DNA from: the human T2T-CHM13v2.0 reference genome, Homo sapiens | Length of the DNA: 64,000 bases | Strand: one strand, 5' to 3' | NCBI RefSeq assembly: GCF_009914755.1 | Contig: NC_060930.1 | In this document: positions 1 to 12,470 of the stretch, in pieces | How positions within the stretch are numbered: the first letter of the stretch is position 1 | How the letters are laid out: every line of letters starts with the position of its first letter | Position numbers and translations under genes: made by a program | The notes under the pieces: model-generated | Told to the model about the DNA's origin: nothing | Databases searched by the model: none | The model's input: only the letters and a program-made list of their open reading frames with translations

Positions 1-789
1 GGACTTAGAGATTTAAAAAAATACTGAGTTTTACCGGGATCTTAGAGCTATTGGGAAACTAAGATTTAATAAAACAATTGCAAAATTGGAGATAAGAAAA
101 AATTATCTTTGCTAAAAATAGAGACAAATAGTTCAATCTCCAATTTTTGAAATAGAAGAGTTGGGTTTTGACTGGAGGGTTGAGGGCTTAGGGCAGGCAC
201 TGGGTTCTTCCCTTCGCTTTGTCTGTCTACCTCAGTGTTGTGGACCCAGAGGTAGAAAGGAAAGGTTGAAAAAGCCTTCTCTCTTTCTCTCCTTAGAACT
301 TTATCTTTATCTGGGCACCTCCTTGTTATTTTAGCTCTAGTTTGCCACTTCTCATGCCAGGCTTCCTGCTAAGACTGTCTTTGTTTTTTCCCTGGCCTTC
401 AGTCAAGTTTTCAGCTCTTTGCAAGACCCTCTTCCCGTCTGCTCTCCCATCCTTCACTCTTTTCCTTCTGTCTTGTCAGCTTTCCCTTTGTCCTTTTGGC
501 TTTCCTCCTTGCTCTTCCTGCCAGCCAGTCTGTACTGTTTCCCCCTGCCCCATTCCTGCTCTCATTTTCAATAAGATTACATTTATTTGGGAGATGGAAA
601 TAGATGGATGAAAGGGAAAGTCATCTTTTACTGCATGCGTATATGTGCACACACACACACACACAAAGATGATGGTAAGGTAAGGTATTGCTAATATAAG
701 GAAAGATCTTTCCATTGGAGTTTTGATTTCTCTAAAAAGTTTTTAAAGGCTTATTTAAAAAGAACCAGATTAACCTTAAACTACAGGTT

Positions 790-990
790 GTAGATCTGGG
801 TTGAAAACCAGCTTCATCACTCCCAGTGTGAATTTGGGCAAATCATTTCCATTTTTTTTTTAATCTGAGAAATGGATATATTGAGAGTGCTTTCCTCAAA
901 GCTTTGCTATCAGGATTAAGTGAGATAATGCACTTAAAGTACCTGGCAGATAACCCCACAAAGGTGGGCTCTCTATGAGAGCTTGCGATT
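790..990 (+). mobile_element. MIR SINE (degenerate)
   Basis: MIR core-like text: ctgggttgaaaaccagc...tgggcaaatcattt...ctgagaaatgg...aggattaagtgagataatgca. Confidence 0.7.
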
Positions 991-1239
991 ATCATTAGCC
1001 CCTTCAGGCCTTCACTGGACCAGCACAGTCAGACACAGATGAATCTCTTCCTCCTTAAGACTCCTGCAGCACAGTTATTTGCCCCATTTTTTAGGCTGCC
1101 CTTTCTTGTCTTTCTGCCTACTTGCCTCTTCTCTCCCTCTCACACTTCTCATTCTCTCTTCTTTCTTTTGATATCTTCTTCCCTTCCTACCTTTCTTGTT
1201 TACTTTTTCCATCTTCCACCCTCCTACAAAGACTAAAAA

Positions 1240-1600
1240 AAATCCAACATAAAAAGTTAAAATTTATATAAAGTTGAAGGGAAAATGGGTGAAGGGAAAA
1301 TGAGGGTAGAGATATCATAAAGCTGGGGTTAAGAGGAGAGGCATAAATGCATACCATGGTTAGGCATAATTGCTAGTTGGGGGCTACCACTTTACTGAGT
1401 TTCCTAGCAGCCAAAGGAAAGATGGAAACAAATAATTAAGAGTAGTGAGGTCCATGAGATGGAGGAAATACGTAAAAACTGTGGTTCCTTCCCTGAGCAC
1501 TTCTGTGGATTCTCATAAAGGGGACCCTAAGTGGTGTAAGCAAGTGATGTCTACCATAATAATGCATCTCCTTTCATCATGGATATAGTAATAAACCAGA
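1240..1600. mobile_element. Ancient LINE fragment, possibly L4 (RTE-X)
   Basis: gagtttcctagcagccaaaggaaagatggaaaca resembles the L4 consensus as I remember it; weak call. Confidence 0.4.
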
Positions 1601-2348
1601 GAACTGTTTCCTATGATGCTTTTCAATATAGGCTGATGATGTACAGCTGAAGTTCAATCCTGTAAAAGCATTTTTACAAGGAGTTAAATTGTGTACTATG
1701 TGTATGCAATCCTCTGAGATCTGGCATGCCGCAAGGATAGAGTTTAGAATACATACAGGAATAAATAGATCTGTGTCCTTCAGGCAATTCTCTATAGATA
1801 CTATCTCTAGCAATCAGGCTTTTGAAAAGTATAAGAAAGTAGAGTTCAAGGCAAACCGCTGAGTATGGATACCGTCTGTCATTGATGAAGGGCAGAGAAA
1901 TGTTATTGGATAATCAGTCAGGTAGACAGTAAGACTAAGACCATTTTAATGAAAATTAAAAGCCATGCAAACACACCTGCCTGAACAGAACCATGCCATT
2001 TCTGCATGAGAAGAGCTGAGACATATCTATGGGCAAGATCAAAATAGTCCTCAATTCTGACACTGAATAGTTCTTTACAGAACATTATTAGATGACAAGA
2101 AAAGCTTGATTCCATTTTGGGGAAAAGGAGCACAAACGTGTACCCAGTAATAAGATACACCAAAATGTTGATAGCAGAAATCTCTGGGAAATGGGATTTC
2201 AGTTGACGTTTCTCTTTCTATGTTTACAATGAGCAGATGTTGCTTTGGATATAAGAAAAAAATAAGGTTATTTTCAGAAAAAAATAGTTACTCTAGGCTG
2301 CTTCGATCCATGGATGAATGGGTAAATTCAGCCACAAATTTCCACAGC

Positions 2349-2529
2349 AGTGGTTCTCAGCCCTAGCTGCAGTTTAGAATGCCTTGGGGAGTTTTTAAAA
2401 GATACTGATGCTTTGGCCCCACACCAAACCAATTAAATTCAAATCTCTGAGGCTAGGACCCAGGCACTGGCATTTAAAAAAAAATCTCCTAGGTGGTTAT
2501 AGCATGCAGCTGGGTTGAGAACTGCCTCT
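2349..2529. mobile_element. MER5A-type hAT-Charlie DNA transposon (MITE)
   Basis: About 180 bp with terminal inverted ends cagtggttctca...tgagaactgcct and a typical MER5A interior. Confidence 0.85.
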
Positions 2530-2984
2530 CTGTACAGTAGAACACAACTAGAATAATCCCTGGCCCATGTTCCAGCAGGCACACTCTTCTCAATGGCCTG
2601 GATAGCTCTCCATGATCTGGCCTCTGCTTTCCTGTCCAACATCAGCTCATTCTACAGGCTTGCTTATTCAGCTCCCAGAACAGTGCCTGGCACGTAGTAG
2701 GATAAATTCATATCCTACAAACGGTGATCCAGGATCACAGTTTGCTGACTGTGGTCACAGAAATAATGAACATCTTTGTTTAAGCAACATAGTTTTCTAT
2801 GAATCTTTTTTTACCAATTGTATTGTCATTAATTGGTTTGGATGTCTCAATAGACTCTTTGGTTGTGATTGAGAATAGTAAGTCTGATAATTTAGTCTTT
2901 TTTCAATAGTTCATCCTAGTCATTCTATTTGTAATCAATGGATATGAGGACCATTTATCTGTTAGGTCAGTTTTTTAACACAGG

Positions 2985-3100
2985 ATAAGACTGTATGCTC
3001 CATGAAGACAGGGTTTGTCTTTCTCACCATGGCATCTCCATGGCCTAGGAAGGTGCCTGGTTCAGAGTAGGCACCTAATAGATACTTGTTAAATACATAT
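2985..3100 (+). mobile_element. L2 3' end fragment
   Basis: agactgtatgctccatgaagacagg...gtgcctgg...agtaggcacctaata. Confidence 0.7.
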
Positions 3101-3316
3101 TCAAGACATGAATAATAATAAAAGCATAATATGAATGTAAAGAATTGTATTTAGTTTTTTATTTCTCATTTGATGGGTGTAGTGTGTTTGAAGAGAAGGA
3201 GGCATGCACACATTCATGCAAAAGTAGTATCAAATTTAGATAGTTGTTGGACAAAGAGAAAATTCATACATTCAGACTGAGATGAGGTTTTGAATCCATT
3301 TTTTGGTATGTGAAAA

Positions 3317-3487
3317 TATTATAATAGGTAGCTAGTCAGATACGAGTAGGGCCGGAAAGGGCGGCCCCCGATACACGCACACACACACACACGCACACAC
3401 ACACACACACACACACCAGGAGTGTCAGGCGACCATCCAGTGATGGTCAGGCAGCTGTTAACTGTCTCTCTAAAATAATAATTGGTT
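3317..3487 (+). mobile_element. MER50 LTR 5' fragment with internal (CA)n
   Basis: aggtagctagtcagata...ccaggagtgtcaggcgaccatc..gtgatggtcaggcagctgttaactgtctctctaaaataataattgg matches the MER50 start; (CA)n at about 3372-3415. Confidence 0.75.
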
Positions 3488-3566
3488 CCTGATATAATTC
3501 ATCTCAATGTATTTTTTACATTTTACTGCCTGACTCCTTTTTTTAAGATAAATTTACTTTACACAA

Positions 3567-3823
3567 TTTTTGTTTCTTTTAACTTTTATTTTAGGCTTGG
3601 GGGTACATGTGAAGGTTTGTTACATAGGTAAACACACGTCACAGGGGTTTGTTGTACTTACTATTTCATCACCCAGCTATTAAGCCTAGTACCCAATAGT
3701 TCTCTTTTTTGCTTCTCTCCTTCATGCAGACTCCAGTGTCTGTTATTTCCTTCTTTGTGTTGTAAGTTCTTATATTTAGCTTCCACTTACAACATGTGGT
3801 ATTTGGTTTTCTGTTCCTATGTT
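3567..3823 (-). mobile_element. L1PA (older, about PA13-16) 3' end
   Basis: T-rich tail then ggggtacatgtgaaggtttgttacataggtaaac...atcacccag..attaagcctagtacccaatagtt. Confidence 0.85.
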
Positions 3824-4811
3824 AGACTCTTTTCATTAGGATCTAATAATCCAAAGACAGGGATTTTTTTTTTTCGGTCTATTATGGTCTCTGTTTATTC
3901 CCAGAACCTTGAACAGTGCCTGACACATGGTAGGTGCTGAATTTATATTTGTTGTATAAATAAACACATCAAAAAAACATTTTATTTGCTTCTACCCTGA
4001 TGAGTTAACCTCACAGTGGTTACCCTTGTATTTTTAGTTTTCCATTCACATGTATCAACTCTACCTCTGGTAGATTATCAGCTCTGGAGAGGAGTCATCT
4101 ATTTCTTTGTCTCCTAAAAGTGGCTATCTACGTGATCCAAAATATGCAGCAGAATTTGCATATATGTGCATGTTAATTGAGTGTTTGTGAAAATTGAGAC
4201 TTGGATGCTGAAGAGAACAGGTAGGTTTCTCACCCCCTTGAAAATATTCCATTAAAAGCCTTCCCAAATAAACTCATGTTCTGCTCTTGGGACAAAATAA
4301 AAATACTTGGTTACCTATGAATCTAGTACTATTGTTTCAGTCTCTCTTCAGATTTAAAGAGTGAGGTTCATCGTCTGAGCAGTTTAATTACAAACAACCT
4401 CTCTTAATTCCTGTATTGCTGGAGCTCAGAGCACACTCAGATCAAGGGAGACGACGTGCCACTTTGTACAGGGCTCAGCCTTGTTACTGTTTATCTGAGT
4501 AAAGAGCCCTCTTAACCTCGAGGCCAAGCACATTAGATGTTTTGTTTCAATTGAGTTCTCTGCAATGGTCCAGATTTCTCTTCATTTCAGAAATCCTCAG
4601 CACCGATATTGGGAAACTCTTGGCGTTTGTTTCCCCATCAATGAATGGGCCTAACACAAAGGAGAGTAAGATTCTTGGCCGTGAAGGACCTGGGGTCTGG
4701 AATAGATGTGCTCCATCTGCCAAAGCATTTTCCCCATATGGCTGAGATTTTTTTCCTACTAAAAAAAAGAAAAAAAGAAAAAAAATGACAACAACAACAA
4801 AAAACACTTAC

Positions 4812-4874
4812 TCAGCAAACTGCACAGCAAGTCATTTGTGCCAATAAAATGACAGTCATCTTCAAGGCCACAGG
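4812..4874 (-). other. Candidate 63-nt internal exon (minus strand)
   Basis: Minus strand reads ctgataattcatatttttAG|cctgtgg...tttgctga|GTAAGT: plausible acceptor and consensus donor in repeat-free DNA; no transcript evidence available. Confidence 0.4.
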
Positions 4875-6389
4875 CTAAAAATATGAATTATCAGGTAGAA
4901 ATTGGCTCTAGGATAAATATATTTTTCTTCATTCCCTACTCCTTCCCACAATCAATCTCTCTCCCTCTCACTCTCTTTCCCATCCACACATGTGTGTGCA
5001 TACTCATGTGCACACTTGCACACTCATAAAAACTGGAGTTTCCAAAATTTCCCAGTTGGTTGAGAAGCAGAACCCAAAGTTGGGTGAGGAAAAATGACTC
5101 ATTCCCCTAGGTTTGGTTTTTACTGCCAGAAAGCAGATTTTCAGGAAGGAAAATCATATGTCCCAAGCCATCACCAAAGTAAAATCAATCAAATCCCCAG
5201 TGTCTGCCTCAGAATCTCCATGAGTCTGTGGTCTAGAGTCAGGCAGTGACTAGTGGTTGTGTGAGCTCCAGAATACTTTGCTTCGTCTTGTGGGATGTTA
5301 TTTTCTAACAGCTATTGACAATTTTCATTTCCGCGTGGCAGGGTCCATGTGGTCAAAAGAACTTGACCTAAGCCTTATAAAATCACCAATGTGATGTTTT
5401 TATTTGGAAGCATGTTTTGCTGAGGCCATCAGAGTGGAACTGAGAGTTTAGTGGGCTGTGGTTCAAGGAACCACACTTACATGATGGTTTACAAGCAACT
5501 CAGCCTTCTCTGAAGGACGGCCTGATTTAGCCATAAGCGAAGAGTCTGGGCTCTGGAAGTTCAGTCTGAACAAAGACTGAGATAGGAATGCCTAGGGCAT
5601 TTTTTGGGTCTCCATCTCCTCACCTGTGAAGTCATATGGACAATAATTAGTAAACAGGAGCACTGAAAGGATTGGCATTTTTGAAATGTTAAATGTTGTT
5701 TTCTTCAGCTCCAGCAACAACTGTTTCTTGTGACTTTCTGTGGGACTCTGAGGAATGTTGGGATGATAATCACAGGAACCAATGGCTGCCTCTGGAAAGC
5801 CCATAATTCTGCACATTCATGGAGCTTCACTCTGATTCCAAATCCAGAAAGACCACCATGTCACTTATGGAGACACTTGAAATCCTTTCCACATCTTCAC
5901 TCATCACGCCTGGGGTGAGAACTAGGAATACGTGAATAAACCAATAACACGTTACTGAAGTCAGTTTCGAGTTTTGCCTGCTATGAACTTAGAAACAACT
6001 CCATTTCTCTCAGCACTAGATGGCCTGTTCAGAGTGTATGTGTGTGTGTGTGTGTGTCCTCATGTGTGCAGAGACAGAAAGAGACAGAGGGAGAGAACGC
6101 AATATTTAGTTTTGAAGATATTACACTTATAATTATGCTTTCAGAAGCCTGTTTCTGGGAGTACCACAGAACAATGCAGTTAGGTTACCCAAGGAATAAA
6201 ATCATTAAATAGGGCCGTCCTCTGGTTTTTCCTCCAAACCACTGTCTGTGTGTTGTTCAGGGGAAAGAATCTCAGCTTATTCACAAGTGGCACTATCTTT
6301 CCACAGGATGTTCATTGTTTTGAAACTAGAAGAAAACCTCAACAGCTCTGAAGTATATAATTATGCTTTCTTATTACCCAACAAGAATG

Positions 6390-6710
6390 TTCTCGGGAGT
6401 GTTGTTGCGATGACTCGCTTGCGAGTGATCTGACGGAAGGAAGGGCGGCTGAGGAGGAGAGGAGGAGGGAGCAGAGCTTGCCTTCCATGCCACTTACTTT
6501 GTTGTCTGACAGCTCTCACAGATTTGTGGCTTGTCCTCAAGTAGACAGCCTAGGGAGATTTTTGGTCGAGGGTTCCCAGTCTCCTCCATGTCCCCCCACC
6601 CCCGCCCCACTGTTATCAGTGTAATAAGTGATTTCAGAGTATTAGGGGAGATTCCACTGCCACTGAATCATGTACAGACTCACGGCCAGATGATGACATC
6701 AGAAACATAT
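6390..6710 (-). promoter_or_regulatory. Candidate promoter / first-exon region
   Basis: Local CpG cluster (6 CpG in 6394-6447), GC box ccccgcccc at about 6600-6608, CRE/ATF-like tgacatca at about 6694-6701, minus-strand donor AAA|GTAAGT at 6497-6492. Confidence 0.45.
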
Positions 6711-7519
6711 GTGTTAGTCTGAAGGCAGGACTTTGCCTAGGAAATGAGAACAAGATCTCCAGCCGGAGAATTAAGGACCCAGAGGCTTAGAAACCACCCC
6801 AAGAGGAGAGCTTCTTTATCTTTCCCCTCCAGGCGGAAAGTCACCTAAAATTTTCTCCTTAGATGTTCACTGTGCTGTTTTTAAATATTTCTAGGAAAGC
6901 TCTTTTAGAAAGCTAGGATTTAAGTACTTCACAAACAAGGCAAAGTTTGCATGTAAGGGATAAACTCTGCATGCTCTAACTCATAATTACCATGATTTTA
7001 TAAACCTGGCATTTCCTAACCAAGCTTTATTTTCATTTGGAGCAGTATCTGTAAGTGAATTCTTCATTAATCATGTTTGCCCACCCATATACCCACCTGT
7101 ATTTTTAAAAGGTGTATTATTCCCAGATATGTGTTTATATAGACACATCACAATATTATTCCAAGTGCTTTTTATCAGGCCATGGGACACATTTCAAATC
7201 ACTCTCTAAGTTGACATCATACTTGAGCCTTATGCAGACTGTGTGGTTTCCATAGTAACAAAATCACTTAATGGTGTGAGAAACATGTGGAAGATTATAG
7301 AAAAAAAGGAGAAAATCTGAATGGAACAAAAGGCAGGAGCTAAAGTCAAAATTTCTTGGAATGTAAGAAAATTTTTATTGTCGTTTTATTTATCTGAAAA
7401 CATGAGTACAAACTCTCTTGATGCTACTGGGTATAAATTGTGTCAGTAAAGGATGACCTTTAAGCGTCCAAGGTCACCTTACCCCAAGCTATAGTCTTAC
7501 AGATGCCTGCACTTCTCAT

Positions 7520-7532
7520 TGTGTGTGTGTGT

Positions 7533-7564
<32 letters not shown>
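7520..7564. repeat. (TG)n microsatellite
   Basis: Seen directly. Confidence 0.95.
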
Positions 7565-7567
<3 letters not shown>

Positions 7568-7956
7568 AGCATATGTGTATTTCTGTATAGCTATATAAGT
7601 ATATACACGTATATGCATTTGGAAGATCCGTGGTCTCTTTTTAAAAACTGGTTTCACCATCTTAGATCCGAAACAGGTAGTAAGGTACTTTCTGAAAGAC
7701 TTACCTTATTTTCTCTTTGTGTACACACAAACACCAAGACAAGCTAAATTCTTATTTGGGTAAATAGTAATGGTGTACTTGGAAACACCTCTCATTCATT
7801 CAGTAATTTATTCATTGGAGACATTTATTGAACATCTCTTGTGATAGACAGAGTCCTTGTACCAGACAGAGAGCTGTAAGCAGACAATTATGATAACTGT
7901 GAAGTGTTATGTGGGTAATCTATGAAAAGTTTAGCATGTAATCTTCCTGGTCTCTT

Positions 7957-8259
<303 letters not shown>

Positions 8260-9099
8260 CCTGGTCTCTTATTAGGTCCTCCCTGTGACAAAGAGCTCAC
8301 ATTTTCCATGTTTCCAGTCCATGGGAAGCTCAACTGGCAGCTTAGGTCCCTTGCCTAAGGGATTGCAAGCACTTTTGTAAAAGGGTTGGGTTGTCGGGTC
8401 TTTCACTTATTAGGTTCCATGAATGAGGAGATGTATGTTCCTAGCCCTGTTTCTCCTACTATTCTAATTAGATGAACTGAGTAGACAAAAATAAATACAA
8501 CATAATCCCAGCACTTTGGCCTCAGAGTGATGAGGAGGGCAGGATTAGCTGGGGATTTTAAGACAGTGTCTATGTTGGTGATGCCTGATTAAGCAAAACA
8601 CCAACTTTCCTGGACGATGCATTTCTCCCTTTGGTTTTGTTAGAAACTGGAACCAAAAGGAAGCCCTTTGCGCCAACTCTTCTCAGTGGTAGGAGTTGAG
8701 ACCATTAGTATTAGAGCTGGAGAAAATGTCGAAACACCTCCTCTAAGGCTGGCAGCCTGAGTAAATTCTGAAACCCTCCCTCAGTTCTCAACAAACAACT
8801 TGATGGTTTTTGAGGTCTTCTAAGAAGATGACTCTTCCTGGGAAGGCGAGCCCTCAATGGCCACTAGAGAGGGATTAGTGATGATGCTGCAGCCTTCGAG
8901 GTAGGTGTGCCCAAGAATACATCAAAGGCATTAGAACCGACTCTGGAACCAAGTCCTGGTAATTAACATCTCTGGCATCTTTCTCTTTGAGAAGGACTTT
9001 TGTCCCATGGCAACATAATAGCACTAATAAATGTGATCTGAATGCATGGCTGAAAATGCACATGATGGTTAGAGGTATAAGAGTGCCTGTAGTAAGTCC

Positions 9100-11005
9100 C
9101 CTCTGTCCCTTCTATTGGGGGAAATCCTCTCTTCTTACGCATTCAAGTCTATCCCTGAGCCTGTAGGACCTGGCTCTCCCAATTATTCCTTCTCTCTTAT
9201 ATTTTCAATTACTTTATTTTCTCTGGCTTTTTCCTTTTATGAACAAATATGTACAAATTTCCCTGAACCTTAAAAAACAAAACACACAAAAAAATAAAAT
9301 CTTGCCATCAGCCCTTTGTTCTTGACCGCTTACAGTCGAATTTTTGTATCATCATTCAGCTGAAATTCCTGCTGACAGGGCAGTCACCTCCCAACTGCCA
9401 GATTCAGAGTCCTGTTTTCTGTCCTCCTCCTTGTATCTTCTGCAGCATTTGAGGCTCTGAACACCCACTCCTTTCTGATAAGCCCTCCTACACTGGCTTC
9501 TATATCACTACTCCCTCTTAAATTTCCCTTGTAAACTCCATCTCCTGCCTGTTGTATTTCTTTGCAATTTTCTTCACAGTTTCTCCTTCTTGGCTCACTT
9601 TTAGAAGTCAGTGTTTTCCAGGTCCTGTCTTACTCTTGGTATTCTTCTCCTCTCTCTAACTGTGTATATTTTCCCATGTGAACTATTATCCCAAATGCAA
9701 TTGTCATTTTTCTACAGGTAAAATGTGATCAAGTGTTGGTAATTTCATATGTTTCAACCTATCATAATTTCCATACCTCTGTTTCCAGCTCTGATCTGTC
9801 TCCTAAGCTTAGATCAATATTTCCAATGACCAACTGGATATTTCTGATTGGATGGCTTCCAGTCAAAATGAATACATCCTAGACAAAATCCTTATATCTC
9901 AAAACTTCTCTACCTTAAATATTCTTACTCTCAGTTCATAGTGTCACTATCTCCTCAGTTCCTTGGGTTAAAAAACTCAGTCATTCTTGAATTCTTCTTT
10001 TTTCCACTGTAGCCAAACAGTCAAAAACTCAGAGGATTCTAGCCCATGAATATCCCCTCAGTGTTGTCGTAGGTCAGGCCATCACCGCTGCTAGCCTGGG
10101 TGGTACAATGGCTCCATCCGTGGAATCCCTGCTTTGACTTGCACTCCTCTCCAGCACATCCCTTTACACTGTCCTAGGGTCTGAATGTTTGTGTCTCACA
10201 ACATTCATATGTTGAAAACCTTATCCCCAATGCCATGGTATTAGGAGGTAGGGCCTTCAGGATGTGATCAGATCATGAGGATAGAGCCCTCATGAATGGA
10301 ATTAGGGCCCTTTATTATAAGAGGCCCCAGGGAGAGCTGTCTTCCTCCTTCTACCATGTGAGGACACAGCTAGAAGTTGCTTTCTATGAACCAGGAAGTG
10401 GACCCCTACCAGGCACTGAATCTGTCAGCACCTTGATCTTAAACTTTTGATTCTTCAGAACTATGGGAAATAAATTTATGTTTATATGTGACCTGCTTTA
10501 TGGTATTCTGTGATAGCAGCCTGAATAAACGAAGACACGCTGAAATAAATGAAGACACCAGAAACATCTTTCCAAAAAGCAAACCTGACCACGGGAGTGT
10601 AGGACTTATCTCAATCTATGACCTATAGCTACAGCTTAGCTCATGTCACTCTGGTACTCAAACCTTCACCACAGTCATTCTGATGGAATGGCTTATTCTG
10701 AAACACCAGATCCTTTCACGACCTTGTGCTTTCTTCTGTCTGAAGTGTTTTCCACATTCACGAAGCCTCTGAGAACCAGCTGAAAAGCCACTTCTTCTAT
10801 GAAGGCTTTCCCAAATCTGCCTGCCAAACTGATCTTTCTCTGACTCCCATATATTTTGCCCATATTTTTGTTCTATCACTTTATGAATCAGCTGGTAGTT
10901 TATCCATTTATGCACTGGACTTCTCTAGTAGATTAGAAGCTCAGATCATATCTCTTGTGACCAACACCTGATGCTCAAAAAGTGTTTTTTCAGTAATTGA
11001 ATGAG
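9100..11005 (+). mobile_element. L2 LINE body, interrupted by MLT1A
   Basis: Pyrimidine-rich L2-like text (e.g. ctgatctgtctcctaagcttagatcaatatttccaatgaccaactggata) running to an L2 3' end near 11000. Confidence 0.65.
10172..10537 (+). mobile_element. MLT1A/MLT1A0 MaLR solo LTR
   Basis: gtctgaatgtttgtgtc...ggtattaggaggtagggcc...ccatgtgaggacacag...aataaa...tagcagcctgaa..aagaca. Confidence 0.85.
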
Positions 11006-12249
11006 ATTATTGAAAGGAATCTGGACCAAGATGAAAATTCTAGATTGAGAGGGATCATGGAGTTTTCAGATCTGGGTTTATGTTTTTGTGTATAAGCTCA
11101 TATTGCTGCCATGGAAATATATTCACTCTGCTTTCCATAGTTGTAAAATGAGAAAATAAATAATTTACTAAATTCATGGCATTTGATTGATAAAATACCA
11201 AGTACAAGTTGGATCTCTAAGGCAAAGTTGTACTTGAGAATGTCCACATTGTCATGACATGGTATATTTCATTTTCAGTGGAATTGCACCATGTAAGAAA
11301 TGTACGATGTTATGCAGTATTATTCTATAATACATTCAGAGTGGATCAATTTCTTCTTTTATTGAGGTAACTTGAGTAAGGCCCCTCTTGGAACTTGAAA
11401 GGAAGCTGTAGACCAGAGAAGGTAGAAAAAAATTGAGCCTTCCATTTAGTGTTTTTGGTAAATAAGCAAGACACCCTCCTGAAACAGGGTTCCAGTCTAA
11501 TCCTGATGTCTAGGAAGGATGGGTGCCCAAGACTGTTGTTGGATCATTTGTCCTCAGTATGCCAGCTGTTAGCAATACCCCCTGAAGCCCTAGAGTAGAA
11601 CAGAGAAAGAAAGTTGAAACCACGTTCAACCCAGATTCAGTGGAAAACATTGAACATGTGGTCATCTTCTCTTGGTTGAATCGAGTTGAATATTGGGGCT
11701 GGTGTGAGCATGATGGACACAGCCTACATTGCCTAGCCCATGCCTGGCACACGGTCTACTACTCCTGACTTGTGCTCAAAGCAGTACTACATTATTTGTA
11801 TTTCCCTGCATGTAATGCACTCTTCCCTGCCTCTTTGCTTTTGTTTACATTGTTCTCTCTGCCTAGAATGTCCCCTGTCCATTTTGATGAATGAATCCCT
11901 AATGAGGATCAGTTCAGGCATCACTTCCTTGAAGCCTATTTCTGACCATTCCCTTTTCTTCCCAGCATGGGTTTAATACTATTCATCAGTGCTACCATGT
12001 ACAGTTGTGCAGCATTTTCACTGCATAAAGTCACCCTGCTGAGGGAGTGAATTTCTGCATGCCAGCTCAAGCTGTAGCATCTAGCATATGCCTTGGGGCT
12101 GGGATTGTTTTCTGTTTCGCACAAAGGCAAACCCACATGCCCTGTGCACATTCCTATCACTGCTATGACCACTACAATGAACATCTGTTTATTTGTTGCC
12201 CCCTCTAGATCCCTGGAATGCCAGCTCTTGTTGGGTTCTAACAACTATG

Positions 12250-12470
12250 GAGAGCTAGTTGCTATTCTAGGAACTTCAGATGCCTTAAGTCATTTATTTT
12301 TCTCAATTATCTTCTGAGGTTAGCCAAATTTACAGAGGAATAAACTGAAGCACCAACGGAAGAATAATGCTTCTAAAGTCTCACAGAAGGCAAGCGTGAT
12401 GCCAGGATTCAGCCTCAGGACATCAGGCTCTGTGGCCCTCGCTAGCCACTGTACCACACTGCCACTAGAT
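12250..12470 (-). mobile_element. MIR SINE
   Basis: tttacagaggaataaactgaagcac...aagtctcacag...gccaggattc. Confidence 0.6.

Noticed and set aside
6690-6722. Box C (ATGATGA) and box D (CTGA) snoRNA-like pair
   Set aside because: Only about 33 nt long with no terminal stem; too short for a C/D snoRNA.
8858-8876. CTCF-like tggccactagagaggga
   Set aside because: Only the 5' half matches; the GGGCGC/GGCAG part of the core is missing.
10521-10558. Short duplication tgaataaacgaagacac / tgaaataaatgaagacac
   Set aside because: Trivial duplication of the MLT1A LTR end; no further structure.
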